A stretch of DNA of 64,000 nt from an uncultured Acidobacteriota bacterium (GCA_963809485.1 CAWEJX010000007.1:576001-640000), one strand, 5' to 3'. Counted from the first letter of the stretch, positions 32,041-42,311 are shown. Notes: generated by a model from the sequence alone, not told the origin. Program-made: numbers and translations.

Positions 32041-33276
32041 TTACCTGTATTTGCCGTATTCCTTGGTGAAATCAATCATTGTCTTCAGGTTCTCGGGCTT
32101 GACTTCGTCGAGCGCCGAGGCGGGCGCCATGATGTAGCCCCCGTCCTTGCCCGCGACGTCGATAAGCCGCTTGCAGATATTTTTCACGTCGTCGATGGTG
32201 CCCACCTGAAGCACCGAAACCGGCATATTGCCCGCGATACACACCTTGCCGCCCAGGATCTGCTTTGCCCGCACCATGTCGATCTGATCGAAGCGCGCTA
32301 TGACTTTGCCTTTCGGCATCTCCGCAAGGTGTTCCAGCCGCGAATTGTAGTCGCCTTCGAAGAAGATATCCGGTGTGTATCCTGCATCCACGAGGGCCTG
32401 GATGACTTTTTTCAGGTAAGGCCAGTAGAAAATCTCGAACTGTTTCAGCGACATGAACCCATGCGCTCCGCGGTGCAGAGCCATGAAAGCGGGGGTGAAT
32501 TGAGTTGCTTTGGGCAGCTGTGCGATCCGCTCGAGCTGAATGCGATTTATCATTTCGATAGCCTGCAGAAGCTTTTCGGGGCGGCGGTACATATCCAGCA
32601 TTGTGCCGCGCATGCCGCGCAGGAAATCGGAGATGCTGTCGAACGGCGCTCCTGCCATGGCGGGCGCAGCCCGGCAGAACAAACCATGTTCCGTCAGATC
32701 GCGCATGAGGGAAGCGGTTTCGGTCTGCCACTCGACCGCCTCGCGCGATATCTGGATCAGCTTTTCCAGCATGCCGGAAAACTCGGGAGTGGCGATTGCG
32801 TTGAAGGGGAGGCCCGTCATAAGAGCGTTCAAGGGAGGAAGCTTGCCGGCCGGCGCCAGGATGCCGTAAACGCGGGGGAGGTAGCGGCGGACCAGGAAGT
32901 CGGAGGTGTCGTTGAGAAGGAGGTCGTACTCGTCCTCGAGCATGTACTCGCCTTCGACGAACTGGTGCGTGTGGTAGCGGGAGACTCCGTGGCCGGGCCA
33001 GCGCAGCTGTTTGGAATCCAGGGCTTCCAGGACGTTGCCCGACTGGTTCAGGACGACGAGGAGCCTGTCGGGCCCGTAGTAGCGGGCGGCTTTGATGTAA
33101 GCCTCCTTCCAGGCCGGCCAGTCGTAGTAAGCGGCCCAGGTGGTTGTGCCGGTGAATTTGGCCGGGAAGTAATTCAGCCCGATCGAAATCGGCACGCGGT
33201 CCGGCGTTTTGAGCTGCACCGCGTCCATGAGCCTTTGTTCTCTCTCTCTGAATGCCTTTTCCGCTGCTTGATCCAT
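32041..33276 (-). CDS. Uroporphyrinogen decarboxylase/methyltransferase superfamily protein, paralog of 28811-30145
   Basis: TPDRVP, WPGHG, QFVEGEYM, APFD..SDFLRG, FMSLKQFEIFYWP. Confidence 0.85.
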   Translation of the reverse strand: MDQAAEKAFREREQRLMDAVQLKTPDRVPISIGLNYFPAKFTGTTTWAAYYDWPAWKEAYIKAARYYGPDRLLVVLNQSGNVLEALDSKQLRWPGHGVSRYHTHQFVEGEYMLEDEYDLLLNDTSDFLVRRYLPRVYGILAPAGKLPPLNALMTGLPFNAIATPEFSGMLEKLIQISREAVEWQTETASLMRDLTEHGLFCRAAPAMAGAPFDSISDFLRGMRGTMLDMYRRPEKLLQAIEMINRIQLERIAQLPKATQFTPAFMALHRGAHGFMSLKQFEIFYWPYLKKVIQALVDAGYTPDIFFEGDYNSRLEHLAEMPKGKVIARFDQIDMVRAKQILGGKVCIAGNMPVSVLQVGTIDDVKNICKRLIDVAGKDGGYIMAPASALDEVKPENLKTMIDFTKEYGKYR

Positions 33277-33568
33277 GGTTTTCTCCTTTTGAGTCTTCAA
33301 GTCCTGGAGTTTTCGAGTATAGCAAAAATCCGGCAAACCGTGCCTGACGCTCATTGTTGCCGCGCTTTGCCCTTTTGAGTCAGTCGTCAAACCGGGAGTC
33401 GTCCGATTATACACGGCGCGACATGCCTGCGCCCAAGCCAAAAGAGCGCTATCAAGCTATCATTTTTGTGACAACGGCTTACCAGAGGCTGTCCGATTCA
33501 CACAAAAAAGCTATGAAACGGCGGGTGACATTCTGGGGGAGACCGGATAAACTGCAGACAGATTTTGT

Positions 33569-33654
33569 GCCGGGGTGGCGGAACTGGCAGACGCACAGGA
33601 CTTAAAATCCTGGGCCTGGCAACGGGCGTGCGGGTTCGATTCCCGCCCTCGGCA
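33569..33654 (+). tRNA. tRNA-Leu (anticodon TAA), CCA not encoded
   Basis: Acceptor GCCGGGG/CCTCGGC-A, anticodon arm CAGGA-CTTAAAA-TCCTG, long variable arm, T arm GCGGG-TTCGATT-CCCGC. Confidence 0.95.
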
Positions 33655-33849
33655 CTCAAAACAAAGCACTTGCGCCATTTCAAAAACCTCCGCAAAACCC
33701 GAAAAAGGGCCCTGTTGTACTTGAATTGTACTTATTGCACTAAAAAACGCCTATAGGAAATTAGATAAGCAGCTTATCAAGGGATGAACTGCTTATCTTG
33801 CACCGAGATACGGGCGCTGCTGCATAACTAAAGGGAGGCGATTGGCAAA

Positions 33850-35205
33850 ATGCCTGGCGACATATCTTTCGAAAAAAACCTGCCCCAGAGCGTCGATTCG
33901 GAAAAGGCTGTGCTTGGGGCGATCCTCCTGCATGAGAAGGCGATCTTCGCCGCGTCCGAAGTCTTGGTCGCCGACGATTTCTATCTCGAAGCCCACCGCG
34001 AGATATTCAAGGCGATGCGCTCCCTGGTCGAGGAGGAGGCCTCGATAGATCTCTTCACGCTCAGGGAGGAACTGCGCCGCCGGAACAAGGAGGAGGCCGC
34101 GGGAGGACCCGCCTACCTGGCGGCGCTGACCGACGGACTGCCTCGAGCACTCAACATCGGTCACTACGCCAGGACCGTCCGGGAAAAGGCGGCTTCCCGG
34201 CAGCTGATCGGCTTGGCCAACGAAATGACCGCCCGCTGCTACCGTGGAGAGGAACGCCCCGCCGAAATCCTCGAGCGGGTGGAATCGCAGATCTTCAGCA
34301 TAGCCGCGCGAGATGTCAGGGGAGGATTCCAGCCGGCGCTGGAACTCGCCGGGGCCGCCTATAGGGAAATCGAGGAGTCTTCGAGAAACAAGGGGATCGT
34401 GCAGGGGCTGGACACGGGCTTCGCAGACCTCAATAGGATGACGGGAGGGCTGCACGGGCAGAACCTGGTGGTGGTCGCGGCAAGACCCGGGCTCGGCAAG
34501 ACCTCCTTCTGCCTCAACATCGCCTGTCACTCGGCGCTCGCCCACGGGAAACGTGTCGGCATCCTCAGCCTCGAAATGTCCAAGTCGGAGATCATGAAGC
34601 GCATGATCTCCTCGGTTGCCGGGGTCGACGCCAACCGCATCCAGTCGGGATACCTCGCGAGGGACGACTGGGACAGGATCAACCGGGCCACCGACGACCT
34701 TTCCGCCGCTCCCATCTATATAGATGATACGGCAAACCTGACCTTACTCCAGGTGAGGGCGAAAGCTCAGCGCCTCGCCCTGGAGCACGGAGTCGATCTC
34801 TTGATCGTCGACTACCTGCAATTGGTATCGGGGTCCGGTCGCAGGTACGAGAACCGAACCCAGGAAGTGACCGAGATCAGCCGCGGTCTGAAGCATCTCG
34901 CGAAGGAACTGAACGTGCCCGTCATCGCCGTTTCCCAGCTGAACAGGGAGGTGGAGAAAAGGGCCGGAAGCAGGAAGCCGCAGCTCAGCGACCTGAGGGA
35001 AAGCGGCGCCATCGAGGCGGACGCGGATCTCGTGCTTTTCATCTCAAGGGAAGAGGACGCCAGCCCGGACGGCGACGACACGGCGGAAATCCTGATCGGA
35101 AAGCAGAGGAACGGAAGCACGGGAAGCTTCAGGCTGACGTTCCAGAAACGGATTACGAGGTTTTTTGACCTTTGCGAAAGAGATGTGCAAGTTGGCAACA
35201 AGTAG
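33850..35205 (+). CDS. dnaB: Replicative DNA helicase DnaB (island-borne)
   Basis: LPQSVDSEKAVLGAIL, AARPGLGKT, SLEM, VDYLQL, SQLNR, DLRESGAIEADAD, KQRNG. Confidence 0.93.
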   Translation: MPGDISFEKNLPQSVDSEKAVLGAILLHEKAIFAASEVLVADDFYLEAHREIFKAMRSLVEEEASIDLFTLREELRRRNKEEAAGGPAYLAALTDGLPRALNIGHYARTVREKAASRQLIGLANEMTARCYRGEERPAEILERVESQIFSIAARDVRGGFQPALELAGAAYREIEESSRNKGIVQGLDTGFADLNRMTGGLHGQNLVVVAARPGLGKTSFCLNIACHSALAHGKRVGILSLEMSKSEIMKRMISSVAGVDANRIQSGYLARDDWDRINRATDDLSAAPIYIDDTANLTLLQVRAKAQRLALEHGVDLLIVDYLQLVSGSGRRYENRTQEVTEISRGLKHLAKELNVPVIAVSQLNREVEKRAGSRKPQLSDLRESGAIEADADLVLFISREEDASPDGDDTAEILIGKQRNGSTGSFRLTFQKRITRFFDLCERDVQVGNK

Positions 35206-35968
35206 AAAAGATATTTCCAGAATGACGCGCTTCGAGGTATTCAAGCGTGACAACTTCAAGTGCCAGTACTGCGGTCGCCCGTCTCCCGAGGCGATCCTCC
35301 ATGTCGACCACATCAAGCCGATTGCCGCCAATGGAGACAATGCTATCTCCAACCTGATCACTTCCTGCAAGGAGTGCAACCTCGGCAAGGGACCGCGCGA
35401 GTTGTCAGACCGCTCCACAGTTGAAAAACAGCGGATGCAACTCGAAGAGCTGAATGAAAGGCGGTTGCAGCTGGAGATGATGATCGAATGGAGAGAGGGG
35501 CTGAGCCGGCTTGAGGATCAGAAAATCGACGCGCTCACAAAAGTGATCCAACAGACTGCCAAATGCGAAGTGACAGGGACCGGGAAGCAGAGCATCCAAA
35601 AGTGGCTCAAGCGTTTCACCCTGGAAGATCTGCTCCTCGCGGCCGAGGAAGCGAGATTTTATCTCGATTATGAAGAAGATTCGATCACTGAAGATTCCAG
35701 GTGCAAATACTTTGAGTTCATCCCGAGGATAGCTGCCGTGAAAAAACGGGAGCGGGATAAGCCGTACCTAAAGGATATCTATTATATCCGGGGAATCCTG
35801 CGCAAGAGGCTCAGCTATGTGGACGACTTTCTATCCATCAGGCTCATGGAAGCGGCCGTGGAAGCGGGGGTTGATATCGAGTTGATCAAAGAAATTGCCC
35901 TTACGGCTCGCAGCTGGAACAAGTTTCAGTATGAAGTCGAGAGGTTGATCGACCAGGAGGAGGAGTAA
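35192..35968 (+). CDS. HNH endonuclease domain protein (phage-type)
   Basis: RFEVFKRDNFKCQYCG...HVDHI...NLITSCKECNLGK; probable TTG start overlapping dnaB. Confidence 0.88.
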   Translation: MATSRKDISRMTRFEVFKRDNFKCQYCGRPSPEAILHVDHIKPIAANGDNAISNLITSCKECNLGKGPRELSDRSTVEKQRMQLEELNERRLQLEMMIEWREGLSRLEDQKIDALTKVIQQTAKCEVTGTGKQSIQKWLKRFTLEDLLLAAEEARFYLDYEEDSITEDSRCKYFEFIPRIAAVKKRERDKPYLKDIYYIRGILRKRLSYVDDFLSIRLMEAAVEAGVDIELIKEIALTARSWNKFQYEVERLIDQEEE

Positions 35969-36865
35969 ATGGCGAGGATCAGGCAGATCAAACCGGAGTT
36001 TTACCTGGATGACGAGCTTGCCCAATGCAGCATGGAGGCCAGGCTTCTCTTCCCCGGTCTATGGATGCTGGCCGATCGTGCCGGCAGACTGGAAAACAGG
36101 CCTGCGAAGATCAAGGCTCAGATCTTTCCATATGACAGCGACATCGACGCTACGAAAACAGCCGAACTGCTGGCGCAGCTGGATGCTCACCGGTTCATTC
36201 TGATCTATGAGGTCAACGGCAAGTCGTACATCCAGATTCGGACGTTTGAAAAGCACCAGCACTGCCACCGGAACGAGCAGCCGTCGCAGATTCCCGCTCC
36301 GAATCAAGATAGGCACAACGAGAAATGTGCCGAAGCGGCGCCGGCATCGGAGCGGAACGATTCGGATCCGCAGGAACTCGGGGCAGATTCCGAGCGCTCG
36401 GGAAAAATCCCGAGCACTCGGGATACTTATACATATACTTCTACTAATACTTCTACAGACACTTCTACTTCCGCGGCTGACGCCGCCGTGTCGAAGAATC
36501 CGGAGGTCCTGGTAGAAATCTATAAATCGGAAAACAAAGTCCTGCCCCAGGTGATGGAGTTCACCCAGGAGCGCAGAAAGCAGTGCCGGACCAGGCTGGC
36601 GAGGGAGCCGGCGAAATTCATAGACCGCTTCACGAGGGCGGTGATCAAGGCGCAGGAGACTCCTTTCCTCCGGGGGGAGGGGCCGACAGGCTGGAAGGCC
36701 GATTTCGACTGGTTTATCGCAAACGACCGCAACGTCGTAAAAGTGCTCGAGGGCAAATACGACACTCATTCCCGGGCGGGTCCGGGCCCGGATCGCGGAA
36801 ACGTGTTCCAGAAACTGAGGCAAAACGAGAAAGGAGGCAATCATGGATCTGATCGCGTGGCTTGA
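35969..36865 (+). CDS. Phage-type replication initiation protein
   Basis: MARIRQIKPEF...LADRAGR...FEKHQ N-terminus; C-terminal GWKADFDW...KVLEGKYD; central low-complexity linker. Confidence 0.8.
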   Translation: MARIRQIKPEFYLDDELAQCSMEARLLFPGLWMLADRAGRLENRPAKIKAQIFPYDSDIDATKTAELLAQLDAHRFILIYEVNGKSYIQIRTFEKHQHCHRNEQPSQIPAPNQDRHNEKCAEAAPASERNDSDPQELGADSERSGKIPSTRDTYTYTSTNTSTDTSTSAADAAVSKNPEVLVEIYKSENKVLPQVMEFTQERRKQCRTRLAREPAKFIDRFTRAVIKAQETPFLRGEGPTGWKADFDWFIANDRNVVKVLEGKYDTHSRAGPGPDRGNVFQKLRQNEKGGNHGSDRVA

Positions 36866-37169
36866 AGACCTGGCATCGGCCTACAGGATCGAGCCCTCGG
36901 AGCAGACCGCCAGGCGATACCTGCGGTCGCTGAGGCAATGGCGCCTGGAGCGTGCGCAGTGGGAGCAACTGTCGGACCGCGCGGTGCTGCGGTACTCCAG
37001 GTTCCCGAGCATCTCGGAGCTCTTTGAAATAGCTGGCGAACTCAGGCGCGAGGCCGAGCTCCGCAGGAACACGGAAAGGATGGATAGCATGCGGCAGGAC
37101 TGGGAGCGGAAGGCGGGCGGAGCGGAGGGAAAGGTCAGCGAATTCAGGTCACGCACAAAACTTTCATGA
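36843..37169 (+). CDS. Hypothetical protein (helicase-loader-inhibitor-like position)
   Basis: AGGAGG RBS, overlaps the rep gene, contains SRFPSISEL; function inferred from position only. Confidence 0.6.
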   Translation: MDLIAWLEDLASAYRIEPSEQTARRYLRSLRQWRLERAQWEQLSDRAVLRYSRFPSISELFEIAGELRREAELRRNTERMDSMRQDWERKAGGAEGKVSEFRSRTKLS

Positions 37170-37220
37170 TGATCAATGAACACCGGGGGATACGGCTCAA
37201 AGACGTTAATAATCCCTTCT

Positions 37221-37276
37221 CTTTCGGGGGGTGAACGGAACGGAAAACGGAAAGCCAAAAAAGTCTACGGCCGATG
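37221..37276. repeat. Direct repeat copy 1 (GGGGGTGAACGGAACGGAAAACGGAAA)
   Basis: Matches 38194-38250. Confidence 0.8.
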
Positions 37277-37467
37277 ACTGCCACCAGGACATGATCCGGG
37301 GCTGCGTGGGAGGAAATCAGAGCATGAAAGAATTCAGCTGAATCTTCGTTCGATTTCGGAAAACGTGGTTTTCACTGCCAGGCAAATGGCCGAGTTTTTG
37401 GACATATATTTTTCCTGCGGAGATTGTTACTCTTTGTCCGGCAGGCTAACTCATCGGAGGTGTTCCC

Positions 37468-38049
37468 ATGAAGATTGGAATTGTTTGGCTATCGATATTG
37501 TTGCTCATTGGTACCATCGTCCTTGCCCAGAACGCTATGCCGCCTCGGGGCAAGACAACCATCGACAAACTGGCCTCCATCGACTACGGGCGTCCTTCAC
37601 TGAAGGGCCGAAGCATCGATGACATGTTCCAAAAGCTGCCGGCCGATCGCGTCTGGCGCGCCGGCCAGAACCAGGTCACAATTCTCACGGCAGACCAGGA
37701 TCTTCTGGTTGGAAAAACAAAGATCCCAGCGGGCAAATACAGCGTTTATGTACACATAGGCGAAAGCGGCGAATGGTCACTCATCCTCAGTAGAGATCTG
37801 GGGAATGATCTCGTCAACATTTTCCCCAAGGCTCCGCCGCAAATGGCTCACGAAAAATGGCCCTATTACACCAACTACACCGAGAAAATCGCAGGCCAAG
37901 AAGTGGCTAGGGTCCCGATGCGGTCCGAAAAGCTTTCTGTCCCGGTGGACATGTTCACCATTGAGCTGATTCCGGATAAAAACGGCGGTATCCTCAAAAT
38001 GTCGTGGGGAGATCGCGCAGCATCAATCGCCATCACGCCGGCAAAATAG
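37468..38049 (+). CDS. DUF2911-family secreted protein
   Basis: Signal peptide, IDYGRPSLKGR, VWRAGQN, IPAGKYS. Confidence 0.85.
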   Translation: MKIGIVWLSILLLIGTIVLAQNAMPPRGKTTIDKLASIDYGRPSLKGRSIDDMFQKLPADRVWRAGQNQVTILTADQDLLVGKTKIPAGKYSVYVHIGESGEWSLILSRDLGNDLVNIFPKAPPQMAHEKWPYYTNYTEKIAGQEVARVPMRSEKLSVPVDMFTIELIPDKNGGILKMSWGDRAASIAITPAK

Positions 38050-38178
38050 CGGCCGGCGGAGATCCTCACATGGGGCGTTTATCATGCACCACTGTCTAGC
38101 CACAAGGAGCGAGCGCATGAAACTACCGCTTATTATGAAGAGGGATACCGCCGGAAAACTTTCCGCGGAATATTCCAT

Positions 38179-38250
38179 CCGCTTCACCCCCCCCTTTAGG
38201 GGGTGAACGGAACGGAAAACGGAAAACCAAAAACTGTCTGTGGGCCGATG
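38179..38250. repeat. Direct repeat copy 2 with hairpin
   Basis: TTCACCCCC...TTTA-GGGGGTGAA inverted repeat followed by three ACGGAA units. Confidence 0.8.
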
Positions 38251-38344
38251 CAAAATTCTGGCGAGGTGGATCAGTGAGCCATGGTGATTAGAAGCCGGCA
38301 GCTTTCAATTGTGTTCGATATCGAGTCCGTGAGTTGAAGAACTC

Positions 38345-38824
38345 CTACGTCAGTTCCACGAGCAACTCATGAATCTCTATGATACGACCTTGGCGAACCT
38401 TGAAGAACGCAGCAACTTCGAGGCGTATGAGGCCGCCCTTTGGATAACCTGCTATGTCCTGGCTTGTGATAGCTGACCACGTATAGTGCATGGCGCCCGC
38501 GGAACCATTTGCAACGACTTGCTGAAGAACCACGCGCCGATTTAAAAGGACCGATTGGCCAGCGGCAAGCGCTGGTCTTATTTGCGCCAGCGAACCCTTT
38601 CTTCCTTGCGGGTACATTTTCGTAGGCGACTCAGTCCAGACACAGTCTTCATCATAAAGCTGGAGGAACCGATCCGAGCCGTAGAAAGTTGGTGTTCCGT
38701 CGTTGTAGAGTTCGACCCACCGTCGCGCAACGGCCGCAGCATCCTCGTTTTCCGCTGCATGGCGGCAACTGACCGAAAGCAGTGATGCGCTCATCCAGAG
38801 CAACGCTATAAATCTCGACTTCAT
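38345..38824 (-). CDS. SnoaL/NTF2-like family protein, possible lipoprotein
   Basis: Signal ending SVSC, VARRWVELYN, FKVRQGRIIEIHE. Confidence 0.75.
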   Translation of the reverse strand: MKSRFIALLWMSASLLSVSCRHAAENEDAAAVARRWVELYNDGTPTFYGSDRFLQLYDEDCVWTESPTKMYPQGRKGSLAQIRPALAAGQSVLLNRRVVLQQVVANGSAGAMHYTWSAITSQDIAGYPKGGLIRLEVAAFFKVRQGRIIEIHELLVELT

Positions 38825-38958
38825 GGCAAACCTCCGCATAGGGCTTTGCTGATTGACGAAAGATCAAGCCTCCAGGTTCATTTTGCGCAGCAGGGCGTGG
38901 CGGCGCGCATGGTCAGCAAGTGCCATGATTTTATTCAGACCATCCTGTTAGGAGCATT

Positions 38959-39210
38959 TTACTGAATTCGGTAAACCACGTTAGCCTTGTCACCGCCGAC
39001 ATAGATCGCGCCGGACGGGCCGACAGCCACGCCGTCAAATGTTCCAAATGGAATACCCATCAGCTGCGGAGAGCCGAGTTCAAGATTCTCCGCCACCGAA
39101 CTTACAGCTCCGCTCTGTGGATCAATCCGCGAAAGCCTGCCTGCCGAGCTTTCAACAACCAGCAAGTTGCCGTCTGCCTCAATAGCAATCCCCTCCGGCC
39201 CCTTCAGGTT
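38959..39210 (-). pseudogene. C-terminal fragment of an NHL/SMP-30-like beta-propeller protein
   Basis: GPEGIAIEADGNLLVVE...FDGVAVGPSGAIYV; no start. Confidence 0.65.
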
Positions 39211-39575
39211 GCTAATTGCGGGAGAGGCTTTTGAGCCAATGATTCATCAGCCGCCTCCTTCTTTCGATCACGCTGAAGGTTTTCTGATCACGGCAGGATC
39301 GCAGCAGGCAACGCCCGCTTTCCCAATAATATGGGCCTGAATTTGGCTTATCCGGTGTCGCCCAGAATCCGTCTGAGGCTGAAGCAGGCACGATATCCCC
39401 AGGCTCCAATCCTGCCCGCGCCGCCGCTGAACCGGGCTGCACGGTCTTGATCAACACTCCAACGGGCAATCCTTTTTTGTCTGTAATAGCTTGCCAGCTC
39501 ATACCATGAGATCAGTTCATGGGCGATGCCGCAGAGAGTGTCCGATGATGGTTTCAGCGCCATCCGCGTTTCATA

Positions 39576-39785
39576 ATGCATTTTATGCGTGCCTTGAGTT
39601 CATGGTTCAATATGGCGGAGCGCTGGTTTGGCGATATCAGCGGCAAGTGTTTACGGTGCGGAAGCTTCTCCAATGCTCTATCTTTTATCAACGCAATCAA
39701 TGATTATTTTGGCAACCGCAACCATAGCCCCCGAGCGTTCGTTCGGACTGCAAATCCGGCAACGATTCTGGAGAAGATCGCATAA
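39576..39785 (+). mobile_element. IS630-family transposase C-terminal remnant
   Basis: SSWFNMAERWF...LRCGSF...NHSPRAFVRTA...ILEKI matches the IS630 SWLN.VE.WF pattern. Confidence 0.75.
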
Positions 39786-39805
39786 GCAAGGAAGCTCTTG
39801 TTACG

Positions 39806-40159
39806 TTACGCCGGCACTGAAATTTCCACAAAGCTGCCGCCCCCGGGAACTGTGGGCAGTCCCCTGGGCTTGGCAACTCCGAGCAGGTATTCGTCCCGAT
39901 ACAGGATTGCAAAGCACCGGGGAACATCAGGCTCGACCCAGGGCGGACGAACCCAACGCAGATCGCTGCCCGGCCGCAGAATTGTGTCTGGATTTACCGG
40001 GGTTCCATCCAGGAGGACACGGCCGGATTCAATCCGAGCCAGCCACTCTTGCCGTGTGAATCCCGAATAGTGCACGGACAGGTACTCAATCGCCGTGATG
40101 CCGGCGACATCCGCCCCGAGATGCTTTCTGTATTCGAAACCATGGTTCCATAGAGCCAT
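39806..40159 (-). pseudogene. Truncated RluA-family pseudouridine synthase
   Basis: S4-like region, RPPWVEP, ILYRDEYLLGVAKPRGLPTVPGG; ends before the catalytic HRLD motif. Confidence 0.8.
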
Positions 40160-40522
40160 TTGCCGGTGTCCTTGAAGCAGAAGTCTGATATTTCCGGGAG
40201 CGTTATTCACGCCTTTTTATGCGCGATCCGGCGTCATCCGCTTTCCTGTGCCGCCGGGTTATCAGACCCGATGGGATAGTTTGGATTAAGCCACGTGATA
40301 ACAACTGCGGGCGGGGGCGCAAACCCAGGCCGCAATCGTTTTATCGCGGTATGTGAACATTTGGCGGTACGGCTCTGGAGAGCCTGCGCCACATGTGAGT
40401 TCGGAAAAGGAGGAAAAACCGGAGGAGCTGTTGTTGAAATCCGGAGGAATCAAGTATGATTGCACGACTCAAAGCAACCAGATCTCCGGGCTGACCCGGA
40501 GCGATTCGGAGGAGAGGTGCTC

Positions 40523-42310
40523 ATGAATATTCCTATGCATCGATTCAAGTATTCGAAGCTGACACCACAGCAGATTGGGGAAAAACTCAAGGCTACCGAC
40601 GCCGGACCGAAATCCGTGTCGGCATTATCGGATGTCCTTGCCGGCAAGTCCTACAAAATCGTGACGGATAGTGGACCGGTTTTAAACTATGAGTTCACCG
40701 GCAGGAATCAGTTGACGCTGTCTGAAAACAACGGCGCCAAAGTCAAGGCTGCCTATGGCGCCCTGACATTGAAGCAAATTGTCTTTTTCTCCCACATGAT
40801 CCCCGGAACTTTCAGGGGCTTCAACGTATTCGTGGATCTCCAGACAAATCTTGCCACAGTGTTTGAAATTTGGCTCTGCAGTGACAAGAAGCAAATTACT
40901 ATGTCAAAAAAGGAAATCGTCCTGGATCCTCGAGAAGTACAGCGCCAGATCTATTTCGGTTACGTTGAAATCTCCGGGAAAGAGCCTCCCGAAACACGCC
41001 ACAACCTTACCAACAGGATTGAAGGGAAGGGAATACATTGGACGCAGGACAACGGCGTCGAAACCCTGGAACTGTACACCTCGGTTGTTTCCTCAAATTT
41101 CGTAGAACTGACGCGGCACGTGGATGATCTCGGCTATTGCGCACCGTCGGATTATGTCCTGATCAACGACACCATGTTCATCTATTCCCGGACTGAATGC
41201 GAATTTTCCGGAATCTTCACGCTCTTTGTCGCAGACCTTTTCTCTGAGACCCAGGCAGGTGTACGCCTCGGCTTCAATGAAAAGGATGAACTGGAATACT
41301 ACATGTTCCGCGGAACCGGCAAAATCGTGGGCCAGATTGCCTACCTGGAACCGTTCGATGAGCATGGCAAAAAGGGCATGGTGGCTCAGGCAAAAACCGA
41401 TTCGAAAACTCCGGAGAAGGGGCAGCGAATGGTTTACCGTCCTGTGAGAGACTTCCCGTATATGACCGATGAAGAAATGCACCAGGCAGCGATGAATAGC
41501 ACCAAAGCCTTTGCCGGCGGAGCTGTGGCGGCGGCTCAGGCGAATGTCACCAGGAATAATATGGCCTTTACCGATATGCTGGTCGGCAAAGAATTCACGC
41601 TCCGGTATGATAACGGCGGACCTTGTTGGCAATACAAGTTCACAGAAAAATTCAAGCTCCAATATAAGGAAGAAAAGGAAACTCGGTGGCATGAAGTTGA
41701 ATATCGAGCCTATGAAGGAGATGAAAAACTGGCGTTTTTTGCGCATATTCTCGAGGACAGCAAGCCGCGTTCGAGCGTGAAAATCGCCGTCGATTTTTTA
41801 AACGGGTTGACCACCTGCATCTACTCCCATATGGGAACCAAGTATTATGGAAATGAAACGACCTATCGCCCACTTTTCGGAGTGGCGGAAGGAAAAGGAT
41901 TCGAAGCGCCGCAACATATGCGCCACGAATGTACCGATGAGCTGGTAGGTCATGCCTTCTCATGGTCGTATAGTGACAAGATGACCTCGCTGCACGTGTA
42001 TACCTCCCCTCACTCCATGACCTGGACCATTTTCACCGACAACCAGACCATGGGCGCGCAGTGGGCGTCACCCTGCATCTTTGTCAAACTCCGGGATGGA
42101 GTTTATATCTTTACTCAGAATGAAGAGGCCTGCAACGGCAACGAGATGATCGAGTTGATCAATACGAAGATATCGCATGACTGCGGCTTCAATTATTCGG
42201 GTAGCGCAAAGGGTGTGAATCTCGGCGTGACGGGCGCTATCGGGCGTCACATCGGATATTTCGACATCAAGAAATTCTACGGCCCCAAAGTTCACGGGAA
42301 AGGAGCCTAG
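40523..42310 (+). CDS. MoaF-like domain protein with two repeated modules
   Basis: Two related beta-rich halves (LAGKSYKIVTD / LVGKEFTLRYD; RHNLTNRIEG / RHECTDELVG); family recognised from memory. Confidence 0.6.
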   Translation: MNIPMHRFKYSKLTPQQIGEKLKATDAGPKSVSALSDVLAGKSYKIVTDSGPVLNYEFTGRNQLTLSENNGAKVKAAYGALTLKQIVFFSHMIPGTFRGFNVFVDLQTNLATVFEIWLCSDKKQITMSKKEIVLDPREVQRQIYFGYVEISGKEPPETRHNLTNRIEGKGIHWTQDNGVETLELYTSVVSSNFVELTRHVDDLGYCAPSDYVLINDTMFIYSRTECEFSGIFTLFVADLFSETQAGVRLGFNEKDELEYYMFRGTGKIVGQIAYLEPFDEHGKKGMVAQAKTDSKTPEKGQRMVYRPVRDFPYMTDEEMHQAAMNSTKAFAGGAVAAAQANVTRNNMAFTDMLVGKEFTLRYDNGGPCWQYKFTEKFKLQYKEEKETRWHEVEYRAYEGDEKLAFFAHILEDSKPRSSVKIAVDFLNGLTTCIYSHMGTKYYGNETTYRPLFGVAEGKGFEAPQHMRHECTDELVGHAFSWSYSDKMTSLHVYTSPHSMTWTIFTDNQTMGAQWASPCIFVKLRDGVYIFTQNEEACNGNEMIELINTKISHDCGFNYSGSAKGVNLGVTGAIGRHIGYFDIKKFYGPKVHGKGA

Positions 42311-42311
42311 G

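Noticed and set aside
35192-35968. HNH protein as an IscB/Cas9-like RNA-guided nuclease
   Set aside because: No RuvC motifs and no room for an adjacent ncRNA; it is embedded in a replication operon.
40230-40460. Moco or c-di-GMP riboswitch upstream of the MoaF-like gene
   Set aside because: Only short partial matches; the consensus helices could not be assembled.
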